The notes below the pieces were generated by a model, which saw only the letters and a list, made by a program, of their open reading frames with translations, did no database searches and was not told where the DNA came from. A stretch of 64,000 nt of DNA from Octopus vulgaris. Lineage: Eukaryota. The position numbers and the translations under genes are program-made. Each line of letters opens with the position of its first letter. Position 1 is the first letter of the stretch. Positions 28,601 through 41,445 of this stretch are shown here, piece by piece. Location: assembly GCA_951406725.2 (NCBI GenBank), contig OX597814.1:149296001-149360000 (forward strand), in the 5' to 3' direction.

Positions 28601-29996
28601 ACACGCTGTTTTGATATAAGGAGAAACTATGACGTACAAAATACAATGTTCAATACGATGTTATTTACATACGAACATTGAGTTAAATATTTTAGTCATG
28701 TATTCTATGCTGTATATTTTGCATTCATGCAAGTATCTCTACTGATATACATACATACATACATACAGATACATATACATAAATATATATATATATATAT
28801 ATATAATCACACACACACGTTTAAACACACACAAGGCGATATGTGTGAATATATGAGCATTTCCTTATGATAGTCTTTGATAAACACAATTGCGGTTCTT
28901 TAAACTCACAAATGGCTTTCAAAGAAAATAATTCTTCTTCATGACATATTTGATCTACATCACTCTTTTTATAGAGTTTCGTGAATGATCATTTATCATC
29001 CTTTTATATATTGAATGGGCATAATCAGATTTACCTCCCTGCTGAAAACATACAATAGCATATTGCGGGTTATATTTACAATGTAACCGACCAGATCGGA
29101 AGTAGTACCTACATTTTCTTTCAAATATTATCCTATCGTTTTTTTTTAAAGAAAGGACAGGCACATCAGATAATTCAGTCGTTCGCAGTTCTAAAGGAAT
29201 ATCAGATCACAGGTGGAATGTCTTCCCATCATACATATTCTACATTAAGGCCTATAATTAGTGTAAAGACCAACGACGAGAAGAACAATACATATCAGTT
29301 TTTACACATAAGCAACGCCCAACATAAAACAATTTTTACAATTCAGCATAAATATATATATGTATATCTTCTCTAATCGTAGCTACTCTGTGTCAGCATA
29401 ACCCAACACTTATTTCTTTGCACCAAATGTTCTTTTTCATGCTAAGTGCCCGAATATCGGCCATGCAAATTTCAGAGTGTGTATTTGCGAAGTTCTTCCA
29501 GCCAAAAGTATGTATGTATCTACCTATGTTCCTGTATGTTATTGTACGTTACGTACGTATGTGTGTGTACATGCACATACACACACACACATACATACTT
29601 AGTGATACATCAATATATGCCAATATTTTATATATTTTGTACGTGTGTGCATGTGTGTGTGTTTGTGTTTGCGATTGCATGTGTATATAAATGTATGTAT
29701 GCTTATATATGTTTTCACATTTACCTGTTTATTAGACATTGAGAGATGGTTTTTCACAAAGTATCAAAAGCTATATGACTGGACTTAGAATACCAACAAT
29801 TGTTATACAGTGATCTTTAAGAAAGTCTAGCATACTTTTACTTTTCCCCCAACTAAAAGTCAAGTTGACAACTACAAATACAAAACATATATACACATAC
29901 GTTTGCATACATATTTATATTGAGTCAGGTAGTGAGAGTTGCAGATGTGACGTTTTGACCATGGCCACCTAGTGGTTTGCACATGTATGTATGTAA

Positions 29997-30103
29997 GTCA
30001 TTATTCAGTTTATTTCAAGATTTCTTACCAATAGAGAGAACCGGTTTCTAACCTAGATCAAAGATTCATTCATTGGAATTTCATCAACAACTCGATATAT
30101 TCG
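29997..30103. repeat. Short (~110 bp) dispersed repeat embedded in (TATG)n; second copy at 58472-58586
   Basis: gtcattattcagtttatttcaaga..ccaataga..gaaccggtttctaaccta..ttcattgga shared by both copies. Confidence 0.8.
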
Positions 30104-30765
30104 TATGTATGTATGTGTGTATGTATGTGCAGATTTGTATGTTTATGCGTGTATTCCCATGCATATAGTTACATGTCTAGACATGCTCATATATATCTTG
30201 CAAACAACTTGCACATGCACAGTTAAAAGCTCCGTATATCGGAAGCTAGCAAGTGTATGGGGTCATCAGGAGAGAATGCGCGCTGTTTCGGGGCCTACCT
30301 CTCGACGGCATCAATGAAAAACTTCTGGAAAGTTTTACAGATTTTCACAGTTCCAGTGATGGATTGGATCTGTATTCTTCGAATTAGCTTTCTCTTTTCT
30401 GGTTTTGAGAAGCCTAATTTCTCAAAATTGGTATTTAGGTAGTGTATTACATAGTTCTATATTTACGAGATGACGAATCATGCACATTATTTACATTATG
30501 TACATTATTTACATTTGACGGATATTTGTTTGATATGTACGTATGTATGTATGTATGTATGTATGTATGTATGTATGTATGTATGTGTGTGTATGTATGT
30601 ATGTGTATGTATGCGTGGGGTTCGATTCCCCATGGAGGCTTACTGGCCTCTTTTTCTGTCTTCTAAAGGGTATTTATCTGGTTTTCTAAGTGGTCTTCGC
30701 AGTTTACTTGCGTTCGCAAATCCTTAATGTAGAATAGCAACACATACAGCGCTTATAAGTTTTTT

Positions 30766-30830
<65 letters not shown>

Positions 30831-30831
30831 C

Positions 30832-30866
<35 letters not shown>

Positions 30867-30878
30867 TTATATAGAAGG

Positions 30879-30929
30879 AGCTTCTACAGGACTAGAACTG
30901 TTTCATTCAAGAGAAATCTTCAGGAAGCT
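30879..30929 (-). ncRNA. Type I hammerhead ribozyme, canonical core
   Basis: Minus strand: agcttc-CTGAAGA-t-ttc-tctt-gaa-t-GAAA-cag-ttctagtc-ctg-TA-gaagct. Perfect 6-bp stem I, 4-bp stem III; predicted cleavage after GUA (between 30885 and 30884). Confidence 0.8.
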
Positions 30930-30978
30930 GTATTGAGTACCTTATTTACTGTGGTTAACCCCGAATCAACCCGGGACC

Positions 30979-31024
<46 letters not shown>

Positions 31025-32049
31025 CATACATACATTCATACATTCATACATACACACACGTAAAACACATACATACATACATGCATACATTCATACATTC
31101 ATACATACATACATACATACATACATACATACATACATACATACATACATACATACATACATACATACATACATACATACATAGTGGATATTACGATCAC
31201 ACTTGATCTATGGGTCAGCTGCCGATATGTAATATGCTACTGTGAAACATGTTACTCAGAATAAGATGTAACGGCTGAATGGTTACTTCATTTACTATAA
31301 AATTATTGGGAAGTTGGGAAGCATACAGCCACTATACTACATATCGCAAAATAAAGAAATACACGGGTCAGTTTGGGCAATCAATGTCGTCAAATATAGC
31401 TTCTTAACTCCTTTTGCATTTTGTAGTAGCAAGTAAGCGTAAAAGGCTATCGGAGAAACCATGAAGAAAATCCGTATTGGAAAGACAAGTGGGTTTGTAA
31501 GAAGGAGAGGTTTCAGCACTACTCTTCTGTGATGCCCTGCAGTGTTGATTGATTTTTTATACATATTGAATTTCTCACTCCTTGGAAATTTGCCAATAAG
31601 CGGACTGATGTTATGTGATAACAGGTCAATGTTTGTTTCTCTTACTGCCCAGTCAAAAGTAATATTATACCTGCAGCAAGATATTTTCAATAGAGTGGAC
31701 AGTCCAACCCTACGCAACCAGTGTGGAAACGATACAGGATATGAGTACTTGCAAACGGGAGTTTAGAAAGAGTACCACGGGCCAACTCTGGAAATGTGTG
31801 TGTTTTAACAGTTGCACTTATAAAGAGGGACCGACTTCAAATTAGCCAACCACCAGCCAGTGCAATGCTAATTTTCAAATCTGGTTCATATACGGGGTGT
31901 ATGAACCCAATCAACAATTCAAAAAAGGCAGAACGTTTTTAAGGTGTAGCTAGTTGAAAGAATTAATGTACGCCCAACAAAATTAGGAATTATGCATTTG
32001 AAGTAAATGAGTACCAGACTTAGCAGTAACACAATAGACACAAGAACTG

Positions 32050-32200
32050 AAATTTGGGGGCGGAGACTAGTCGATCACATCGACCCCAGTGTGTCACCGG
32101 TACTTATTTCATCGAGCCCGAAAGGATAAGGGCAAAGGTGTCCCCGGTGGTATTTGAACTCAGAACGTAGCGACGGGCGAAATACCGGTAAGCATTTTCC
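32050..32200 (-). mobile_element. SINE family A
   Basis: gtcgatcacatcgaccccag..gtacttattt..cccgaaaggat..tttgaactcagaacgtagcg..aagcattt. Confidence 0.8.
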
Positions 32201-33299
32201 TCCACCAGACTTTGCAATAACGTCTTGCAATTGATTTTTAACGTCTAAAGTATGGTGATTACTGATAATCTACTAAAATCATTGCAGGCGACACGATTGA
32301 CTGACCCCAGGTCTTTGAGTGTAGAATCATGTTTTTACTGACAAGTCAGCAGAATTGAAGACCACCACTTGTATGGTTAAGTTATACGAAGGCTTGCCGT
32401 ACAAGCGATGGGTTTTAATAATAAACTGTTTAGTAGCGTAAATTCACCCAAGTGAGACAAAACAAGCGCATCCTCTTCTTAGAAAAATCACTAAGTCAGG
32501 TCCTGCAAATAATTTTTGAGCATATACTATACACTTGAATCAGACAATGACCTCAATGACAAATTTTATGACGATTAGCTGAATGGTTACACAAAATACT
32601 GACTGAATACTATCTATGTTTTTGATGATGTCTGTTTTGGAGTTCGATCCGATAAAGTAAACTGGCCTCCATACTTAAGACATTTTGGAGTTAGATTAAG
32701 AAAAAATAAGACATCCACCACTTGAGTTATAAATTCACTAATTCCTCGCTGTAAAAAAAATTGCAGCAGCAAGAAATTTATCGAAAGTTTTCGTCGTTCC
32801 AACTTATATCAGGACATTGACATCAGTTCGATATTATTTTATTTCGAAGTACCATCTCTACTTTACAAAATCTGCAAAATTGTATTATAGAATTAATTTC
32901 CTATTGCTTGGTCGAAAATAGTTTCTAAGAAGTTTCAATCATTTTATATGCATCTTATCCTGTGAGTAGAATTTGGAGTATTTCTTAATTCATCTGTTTA
33001 GATGTACATTTTTTTTACTACAATCTCCAAATCGCTGAAGTCTTTCAGTTAGTCGCTTTCATAACATAATGTCGGAAGTAATATCATTTTATTGATAACG
33101 TCCTAAAACCTCCCGTACCTGATATATGCTGCATACCAGAATAAACTTGTCGCAATAGTCATTAGAAAACTTGTGAACTGTTCATTAGGTATTTGACTTA
33201 ATTACTCACAGCTCACTGACTGTATCTTTCGGTGTGTGGAGTTCAACAACTCTTTCTTTTTGTAGTTTCAACAGTATTACGAATATAAATGAAATACAT

Positions 33300-34800
33300 A
33301 GCAGCAAAGCAACTAGCAGTGACATCATTCTGACTGAGCTCTTTAAAGGTTACAAGGACATTAATTTGCTCCTTCTATATGAATTACTGATATTTTGTAA
33401 GAGGTAGACTACCATTACAGATGAAATTAGAATTACTAATACCATAACATTGTAAAAATATCTTAGAAAACAAATGCAACTGTGATGAGTAGATATGAAT
33501 TACTTTGCTAGGCTGTCAAGAAAAAGTATATTCCTGTATTCTTTTAAAGTGGGAATATAATCTGGCGGAAACAATATCGTTAATGATTTGAATAGATTCA
33601 AGAGGAGCGTTATGAGAAAGGACAAGTACTTCATACTGCTTTTATGCACTCAACAGGTCAGAGCTTTTAAACTTTCTGAATAAAGGGAGATGGACTTCAT
33701 TATTGCTGAAGACATTTCTCACCTTCTACAGGGTTAAGAATGCCACTGTGCAATGTACTAGTTCCACTTGAAACAGCTTTGGTCATGTTAAAAGTGAAAT
33801 CAAGAAGGATTCAGTGCAAAATTTGTCTTGTTATAGGCATGCATTCAATGAAACACGTGGTGGTACGTTCCTGCACTGGTGAATAGACGTGTGTCGGTTC
33901 AAATTAGCATATACGTGTGCCAACGTAGAAATATTAAATTCCATAATTCAAGAGAATCTGTTTGTGGACGATGCGGTACTAGATATTCACACTGAATTAG
34001 CTTTATCAAAACTGTCTGGCAATCTTTCGCAAATCTACATAGCGCTTTCACGAGAAAATAGCCCGAAGGAGACAATAATCCTATAAAAAGAAAGCGTGAC
34101 ACATGTTTGCACCAACTTGGATACAGAATGACAACTGGTAAATTTTCTTGTATGGGCTCTGCGACATAATTGGAATCTTCAGATTAGGAAATCAATATTA
34201 GAATAAAGAAATCAGTTATATCATATGAAATACGAAAAGTATATAGAATAATAAAGTATTCAAAACTAAGATCACCTTCCATGATGCATGCATCCTCTGT
34301 ACATTGTGTGATTGCAAGTCTTGGACTACGTCCCCAAGAAATGCAAAATATCTCATTGTTCTGCTTACAGTGCGCCGTGACTTCCTAAAAATCTCGTAGC
34401 AAGACAGCGGAATACCGTCACCTACATCACATTATATTATTGCAAATATCACAACTACCAGACTTAATGCCACTCTTTTGAAGGCGAATTTTTATAATGG
34501 CTTGATCAGGAAAACTATGTCACAAAACAGTTGCTTTTTAGAAAAATTTTCTCAATGAGTACAAGAAAAAATAGGAAAACCAACCTGCACTTATAAAGAC
34601 ATCTTTAAGAACAGTCTGTCAAGTACTATATTGATCGTTAAAATGGGAATGTCGCTGTTGATGTAACGACTTGCAGAACGGCAATCAGTATAGGTTTCAC
34701 CATTATAGAACAGAAGCAAATACAACTTTCTGATTGCAGACAAATATAAGAAAAATGAAACCCGTTCAAATAGGTCGCATCTCAATAGAGAGTTAGTTAT
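33300..34800 (+). mobile_element. Very decayed RTE-type LINE relic
   Basis: ENLFVDDAVLDIHTELAL (LFADD motif) at about 33955-34005; downstream KQLLFR and LHLxYKDI-like segments; heavily mutated. Confidence 0.55.
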
Positions 34801-36195
34801 GGCAGGGCTTAACAGTAGCGTAGCTTTCAAACGTTATAGGATCGTTTGAAGCAGATGTTAAAGGCCATTGATATGCACATTTTAATTATATGTATGTATA
34901 TGTATAATGAGTTAGTTATATATTGTCAATATTATTTTAAGTCTTCATAAGTGAGAAACACAAGACATACTGCATCCACCAGCACGGCCGTTTGTTCGAT
35001 TTGAAAAACTTCCCTCCGCTATTTTCCAGTTGGTGTTCCACGTCATAGCAGTATTCGTATATAAAGTTAATGACAGGGGTAAAATATGAATCGCGATGCA
35101 AAACCAGTGCAATGCTACAGTTATTATTTCGTTGTTTGTATGTTGTGGCGGTTACGATTTGCTTCGGAGAAAAATTTCTTCATTTGTTATATTGAACAAC
35201 TGTAGACTTTTCTGACTTATTCAGATGACTTTGCAGTAAAAGTATTTAGTTTCTTGAGTCTCATTTTATAAACTTCACTACCATTTGGATTACAAAAGTA
35301 TTGGTCGAACTATTTGAACAACAAAACAGACAAGGTCGCATTTTGACTTCCAAGTATGGCACTAAAATTGGATTGAGGCCCTTAGGTTGCTAGTTCTATT
35401 CTTCACATGTTATATACTTATATCACTGCTGATTCCATTTTCTGATCAGAAAAATATACACATCATCAACATGAAGAGAGTTGATTTGGCTAAAACATAA
35501 ATAACATCGTCTTGCTCTTTTCATAGCTAATTCTGAATCCGGTCTTCTTATCAATTAGAGTATCGTAGTTAATTCTTGTATGCAAGGCTGTGTTTCTGAT
35601 AGAGGTGCAATTTCAACAGCAAAATCCAGAACCATAGGGCATCTTTTTTAATCTCATCATGATCCTCAAATGCATATTTTTATTATCTTCTACACATAGT
35701 CCAAATTTAGCTCTAAGCATGAATAGTAATTCGATGGAGCCTCATCGGATGCCAGTGATGATACTAAACTGATTAGTATTGCGAGTATCTGTTCTGACAA
35801 AGCTGCATAAGAAATGGAGACTTGATAAAAAATTTTGACAATGTAAACATATAAACGTACATTTGGCGACCATTATACATTTACATGATATTCTCTAGTG
35901 ATTCAAGATGTATGACGCCAAATGTCTTTTGGTAGTCCACAAATAGTACTGACAGGGTCAACCGGAAATTTATGCATTTTCACGATGTTTCTCCGTGGAA
36001 ATTTCTTCAGTGTAAACGTATATGTGTGTCAGTTTTGTGCTTGTCAGTTTATTTTCACATTTATATGTACGTATGTATGTATGTATGTATGTATGTATGT
36101 ATGTATGTATGTATGTATGTATGTATGTATGTATGTATGTATGTATGTATGTATGTATGTTTGTATGTATGTATGTATGTATATATATATATGTA

Positions 36196-36228
<33 letters not shown>

Positions 36229-37037
36229 ATATATACATCTATTTTTGCAAAGAGCGTATAGATATTTATGCATATGAGTATGTATCAGAATGCACATATA
36301 CATGTTTATGTATATGCAGACATATATGTGTGTGTGACTGTGAGTTTGTGTGTGTGCGCGTGTGCGTGTTTGTGTTTGAGTGTGTGTGTGTATGTGTGTG
36401 TGTTTCTTTTTTGGGTGAGTGTGTGTGTATGTGTGTATTTATACAGAAGTGGGGAAGTTTCAAATAACTATATTCTATTCCGATCAATGTATATATTATA
36501 TATAATTTCTATATATTTTTTTATTATTTTTTGTAAGGAAATTTATGATCAATATCCTCATTTGATATTTGGGTTGCCGAGTAAATCTACTCCCTGGTTG
36601 TCTACAGTGCAGTTTCCATTATTGATTTTTGATATTGACATTCTCTTTCAGACTGTGAGTGATTCATAACGTTTGATCTGAATTTTTTTTTTAACTCAAG
36701 TGAAAAGAAATGGCTAAAACATAGAATACAACTTTAGTATTGAGAAACTGAATTGATACAATAACAGAAATTGGGCCACACAACCAGACTGCACTCTAAT
36801 AAATATGATTGCTTCCAGGTACCCTGTAAAATTATTGGCAATAAACTCGCACGATAAGCCATGTAAATCTGAATCTGCTTCGTGTCTCGTCAGCGAGGGA
36901 AGTTTTGCTTTCCATTTCCAAAGAGGTTATCATAATGCATTCATTAACCTGCCACAAATAGCAGCTAAAATACTCTGAAACACTTCCCTTCCCCAAGTCA
37001 TGTTGCATCAACTTTAAAAAGATGAGGGAAAACGTAG

Positions 37038-37093
<56 letters not shown>

Positions 37094-37867
37094 GTATATA
37101 TGTGTGTGTGTTCTGTATGTATATAAATATATATATATATACATACATAAATGTTTTATATATATATATATATACATACATAACGAGGCAAAGGATGATC
37201 AGTATTGGGCCATAGCACTATTCAATGTTAAGTGACCTGGAAGCGAAACAAAATATGTACTACTAGAGTTAGCCTATGGAAAATATTAATGGTAACGTCC
37301 CGACTGTTAGAAATTGTCGTCTAAATTGTTTCCGTAAATGAGAAAATGAAATAGTCGTTTCCTACATATGGTCAGTAATTCTGTAAAGAATGATTTATTG
37401 CTGAAATTATATTCTGGGAGAAAGCCACAAATTATTGTGTGACGTTCGTGTCATTCTCTAGAGCATAAGTGACGTTAAGCGCGATTAAATGGCTACCATT
37501 TAGAGTAGAAGTAAGGCTGTAAAGTTTATGGGATTGTTTGTAATACACTGCATTGGCGAAAAGAAATCAGCAGTGAATTGTAACGCGAAGCAAAAGTTCT
37601 TCTTGACGATTATCTCGTTCAACCACTGGACAATCCTGGGTGAAAAAGATATGGTCATAATCTTCCCAGACACGGTCTAACCATCTTACTTTCAAATAAT
37701 GTTTCCAAGATTAATTTACCCAAAGTTTCCATCGTAATTTCTTTAATTTTTAAAGATGGTACAATATGGTTTTACTGGAACTTGACTGTTGTATCTAGCA
37801 GGATATGCCTCCTCATAAGAGATTTCTTATTCGCTCATTAAGTACTATCTTTGAGTATTTCTATTTT

Positions 37868-38272
37868 CAGTCACGAGACTGCGGCCATGTTAAAGCATCA
37901 CCTTGAAGAATTTTCTGTAGCTTATTATTTATTCTATCCATTTCTTTGCTGAACTGCTAAGTTACGGGGACCCAAACACAACACACCAACACCAGTTGTC
38001 AAGCAGAGGTGGAGGACAAACGCCGACACAAAGATACACATACATATACACATACACACACCCACACGCATATACGCACATGCACTCACGTACACACACA
38101 TAGATATACAACAGGCTTCTGTCCTATTCTGTCTACCAAATCCACTCACATGGCTTTGGTCTGACCGAATCTATATTAGAAGACACTTTACCAAGGTGAC
38201 ACACAGTGAGACCGAACCCAGAACCATGTGGATGGGAAATAAGCTTCTTACACGCAGCCACGACTGCATCTG
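37868..38272 (-). mobile_element. SINE family B, decayed full length
   Basis: Reverse complement of 11505-11891 motifs (ttcagtca..gactgcggccatg; tctaccaaatccactcaca..ggctttggtc; ccaaggtg..acagtgagaccgaaccca gaaccatgtgg). Confidence 0.8.
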
Positions 38273-38699
38273 TAGTGAGAATCTTATATTGGTCAAACAC
38301 CTCCAATGGACGACTGAGTCATGTTTTAAAGACACTGATTCAGCAATTTAACTCCGTTAACGTTTCATATCACCACATTCACAGAAAAATTTGAGTACTG
38401 TGATACGCAGACACGCACACAGATACACACAAACATATACACATGCATACCTCTATACACACACACATATTTACATACATCCAATAATTAAATTCCTATT
38501 CTTGGATAATTATGCGAAACAAAACAGCCATTTATATTGGTAAACGTATACACAGATTTATAAAAACACATTCACTTATATACATGTGTACCGGTGTTTC
38601 GAATTCTGTTAGTTTATATAATAAACACTGTAGTGGTTCGATAAACAGAGGTCGATAAAATAATTTGCCGACTGAAAATAATTACTGGTTTTAATAAAC

Positions 38700-38865
38700 T
38701 CTTGAGGCTTATAGACGAAGACAGGTGGTGTACACAACAAACAGATGTATTAGTTCAACGCTCGGAAAGTGAAAAGTCTTTAACGTTTCGAGCCTACGCT
38801 CTTCCACAGGAACAGAGAAAGAAACAAGGAGAGAAAATAAAGAATGTGTAGTGGCTAGCGATATA
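38700..38865 (-). mobile_element. PLE pseudo-LTR, family P4, with variant HHR (38776-38810)
   Basis: Minus strand: CTGTGGA-a-gagc-gtag-gctc-GAAA-cg-TT-aaagac; homologous and inverted relative to 39905-40110. Confidence 0.65.
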
Positions 38866-39100
38866 TGTATAAAGGTATATATATATATATACGGTTATGG
38901 GAGGTAATGCTGTCAGTAAGACCCAAAGGTGTCAGGTAATGCTGAGTAAGCGCTATGGATAGACTATAGTTAAGCTCCAGGTTTGGTGATTATGTGAATG
39001 AGTTCAACGTACGCCATATATCAGCGTGTGTATATTTAAATTTCTTTTCAGAATGAGATGAAAATCTAAGTCTGTGAAGATTTTAGAACATTTATAAATA

Positions 39101-39150
39101 GGCTTACAGCTGTTTCTAGGATATTTATTATATCCCTTCATCGGAGACGG
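39101..39150 (-). ncRNA. Minimal HHR variant (CCGAUGA core), family P2
   Basis: Minus strand: gtct-CCGATGA-ag-ggatat-aataa-atatcc-ta-GAAA-cagctg-TA-agcc. Perfect palindromic stem III acagctgt; GUA site; stem I weak. Confidence 0.6.
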
Positions 39151-39828
39151 TGTGAGAAAATGGTTAAGTAATAGTTAATTTAGATATGATACGAAATAGA
39201 GAGTGAAGTCGAGGAATGAAAATAGATGTAAGATACGCAGGGATATTGCATTTGTAGATCCATTATTTAGGCAGAATGGTATAAATATAAGATTCCAATA
39301 ACTTGTAAGTAAAATCCAATAGCATCTAAAATTGGTCATTCCAAGTATAGAGTTAGTACACAGTGCTATTGAATCAAGGGTTTTATTTAAAGTGACATAA
39401 AAGTAGGGAATGTATGTGTAAGGTCAAATCGAAAACAGGAAGAGAGGAATAAAGAAAAGAGAAAAAGAGAAGAAAAAAGAAAAAAACAGGAAGAGAGAAA
39501 TAAAGAAGGGAAGAAAAAAGAAAAAAGAAAACAAGGATACAGATGATAAAGGAAAGTGTACCAGTTAGTAGTCAGTCAAGATAATTTGAAAGTAGGAATG
39601 GGGAGATGAGGGTGATAAAGAGAGAAAGATATTAGAGTCTAAAAATATAGAAGGAATAGGGGTGATAGAGAAAGGTACAAAAAGTATCAATTATGCAGTG
39701 ATAGAGTCTAAGTGATTGGTCAGAGAGAGGGGTAGTAGTATGGAATGAAGAATTTAGGAATATAGATTAGGTGGTTGGACAGGTCAGTGCTTAGTAGTAG
39801 AAGAAAATATATATGTGAAGATGTATAC

Positions 39829-39878
<50 letters not shown>

Positions 39879-39904
39879 CCATATATATATATATATATAT
39901 CGCC

Positions 39905-40110
39905 ATGTTGATTCGTTAGCTACTGCACGCATTTTTTTTCTCTCCTTCTTTCTGTGTTTTTCTCTCTCTGTGTATCTTTCTGTTGAAGAGCGTAGGCTCG
40001 AAACGTTAAAGACTTGTTTTATTTATATTTCCTGAGCGCCATACTAATACAATTGTTCGTTTGTTTTCCACCTGCCTTCGTCTTTTGTTTATTTTCATAA
40101 AGCTTCCCGT
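39905..40110 (+). mobile_element. PLE pseudo-LTR, family P4, between (TA)n tracts
   Basis: Homologous to 38700-38865; contains the HHR at 39975-40012. Confidence 0.65.
39975..40012 (+). ncRNA. Minimal HHR variant (CUGUUGA core)
   Basis: tcttt-CTGTTGA-a-gagc-gtag-gctc-GAAA-cg-TT-aaaga: 5-bp stem I, 4-bp stem II, palindromic aacgtt in place of stem III. Confidence 0.65.
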
Positions 40111-40519
40111 TATATATATATATATATATTTATACAGATATTTATACAAATGAATATCAACATATACAACTCGTACTCATGTGTATATTTACACATGCAC
40201 ACCCATATATACTTGTATCTGTATGTATTATTGCCCCTTTGTACGCAGGTATACATACCTTGCATACATACATACATTCACACATACACACATATATACA
40301 TACACGCATACACACACATACATATACACGCACATATGCATGCACGCATATACACACGAATATAATTAGATGGTTGTGATATTCGAGTATAAGTGAGGAA
40401 GTAGATAGGGATTAAGAATTAAAATGTAGACTTATAAGGTTATTGGGATTCCCTAAGGGGTATTGTGGAAATATATTGTATGGTCGTTTAGGCATTTGGA
40501 TTTTTGGTAGAATCTGAAT

Positions 40520-41445
40520 GTGTGAAAAAAGCGGTGGTTGCATGTGCTTAGTGTCTCATTATGTTATTTAGCAGTGCTGGAGAGGTGTGCTTTAATATGT
40601 GAAGCGCCTCCATCAGGCAAATTTTTCAGGTTGAGCGTTGACCTCGGTAGGGAAGCCCTGAGTCCATTATGGACCATGATAGAGTTTAGGGTATATTTGT
40701 AATTTTGAGATGATGTATGTGGTTGGTGAGTGTTGTAGATTTACTATGTTTATCGTAAGAATGGAGTTGAGCGGCATATCGATGCTTAAAATTTTTAGTT
40801 GATCCTATGTACATGGCTGTAGATTTGTGTACTAGATTATGGACAGTGCATTTGTAAACTACATTATATCTTCTGCAGTGGGTTTGAAACGGGCAAATTG
40901 TTCCAGGACGTCAATTGCAATTAGGTGAATTTTGGGGACTATGCTCAGGAATAGAGGAGGTAATATCGTCAGAGGAGAGGTTAGAGAAGGGGGTAGAAGA
41001 TTCTATATTATTAGTATTATTAACGTTATCATTACGATCATTGGTATTATTACTATTTCTGTTATTAATTTTATTATTTGTAAGGGTGGTAGAGATTGCG
41101 ATGGTGTTCCGGGTAGTGTCAGTAGGATGGGTTGGGTTGCGGTTGTGGTCTAATGTAAGGGTATCTGTGCTGGAGCTGTGTGTGTGATGAGTGTTCGTAT
41201 GACGAGTTGTAGTTATGTGAGTTTTGATAGTAAAGAGAAAACTTTTGCTTATTAAATGCTGCTAAAAATAGATTCGAAGTTGGGAGAGGTAGAATAAGAT
41301 AGTATCAGGGTGGATCGATTAAAGATAGAATGATATTTATGTTGCCGAGGAAAGTTAGAGTCTGGTATTATAAAGAAAGATTTAGCTAAGTTCATAACGT
41401 TAAGCGAGAATGGGGGTGTGTATCACAGAATAGAGCGTCCATCGC
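40520..41445 (-). pseudogene. Penelope-like thumb/linker plus GIY-YIG endonuclease relic
   Basis: RSIL*YTPPFSLNV..NFPRQHKYHSIFNRSTLILSYSTSPN, then CN*RPGTICPFQTHCRRYNVVYKC..MYIGSTKNFKHRY..STTLTNHIHHLK..SWSI..T*KICLMEALHILK..LLN..TCNHR. Confidence 0.85.

Noticed and set aside
31200-33260. Unique-looking sequence with 60-126 aa ORFs
   Set aside because: No motif I can recognise; may be old transposon debris but unsupported.
39300-39345. SECIS candidate (minus-strand ATGA-ccaat..attgg) downstream of the TGA-containing endonuclease
   Set aside because: Stem too short and no apical AA at the expected spacing.
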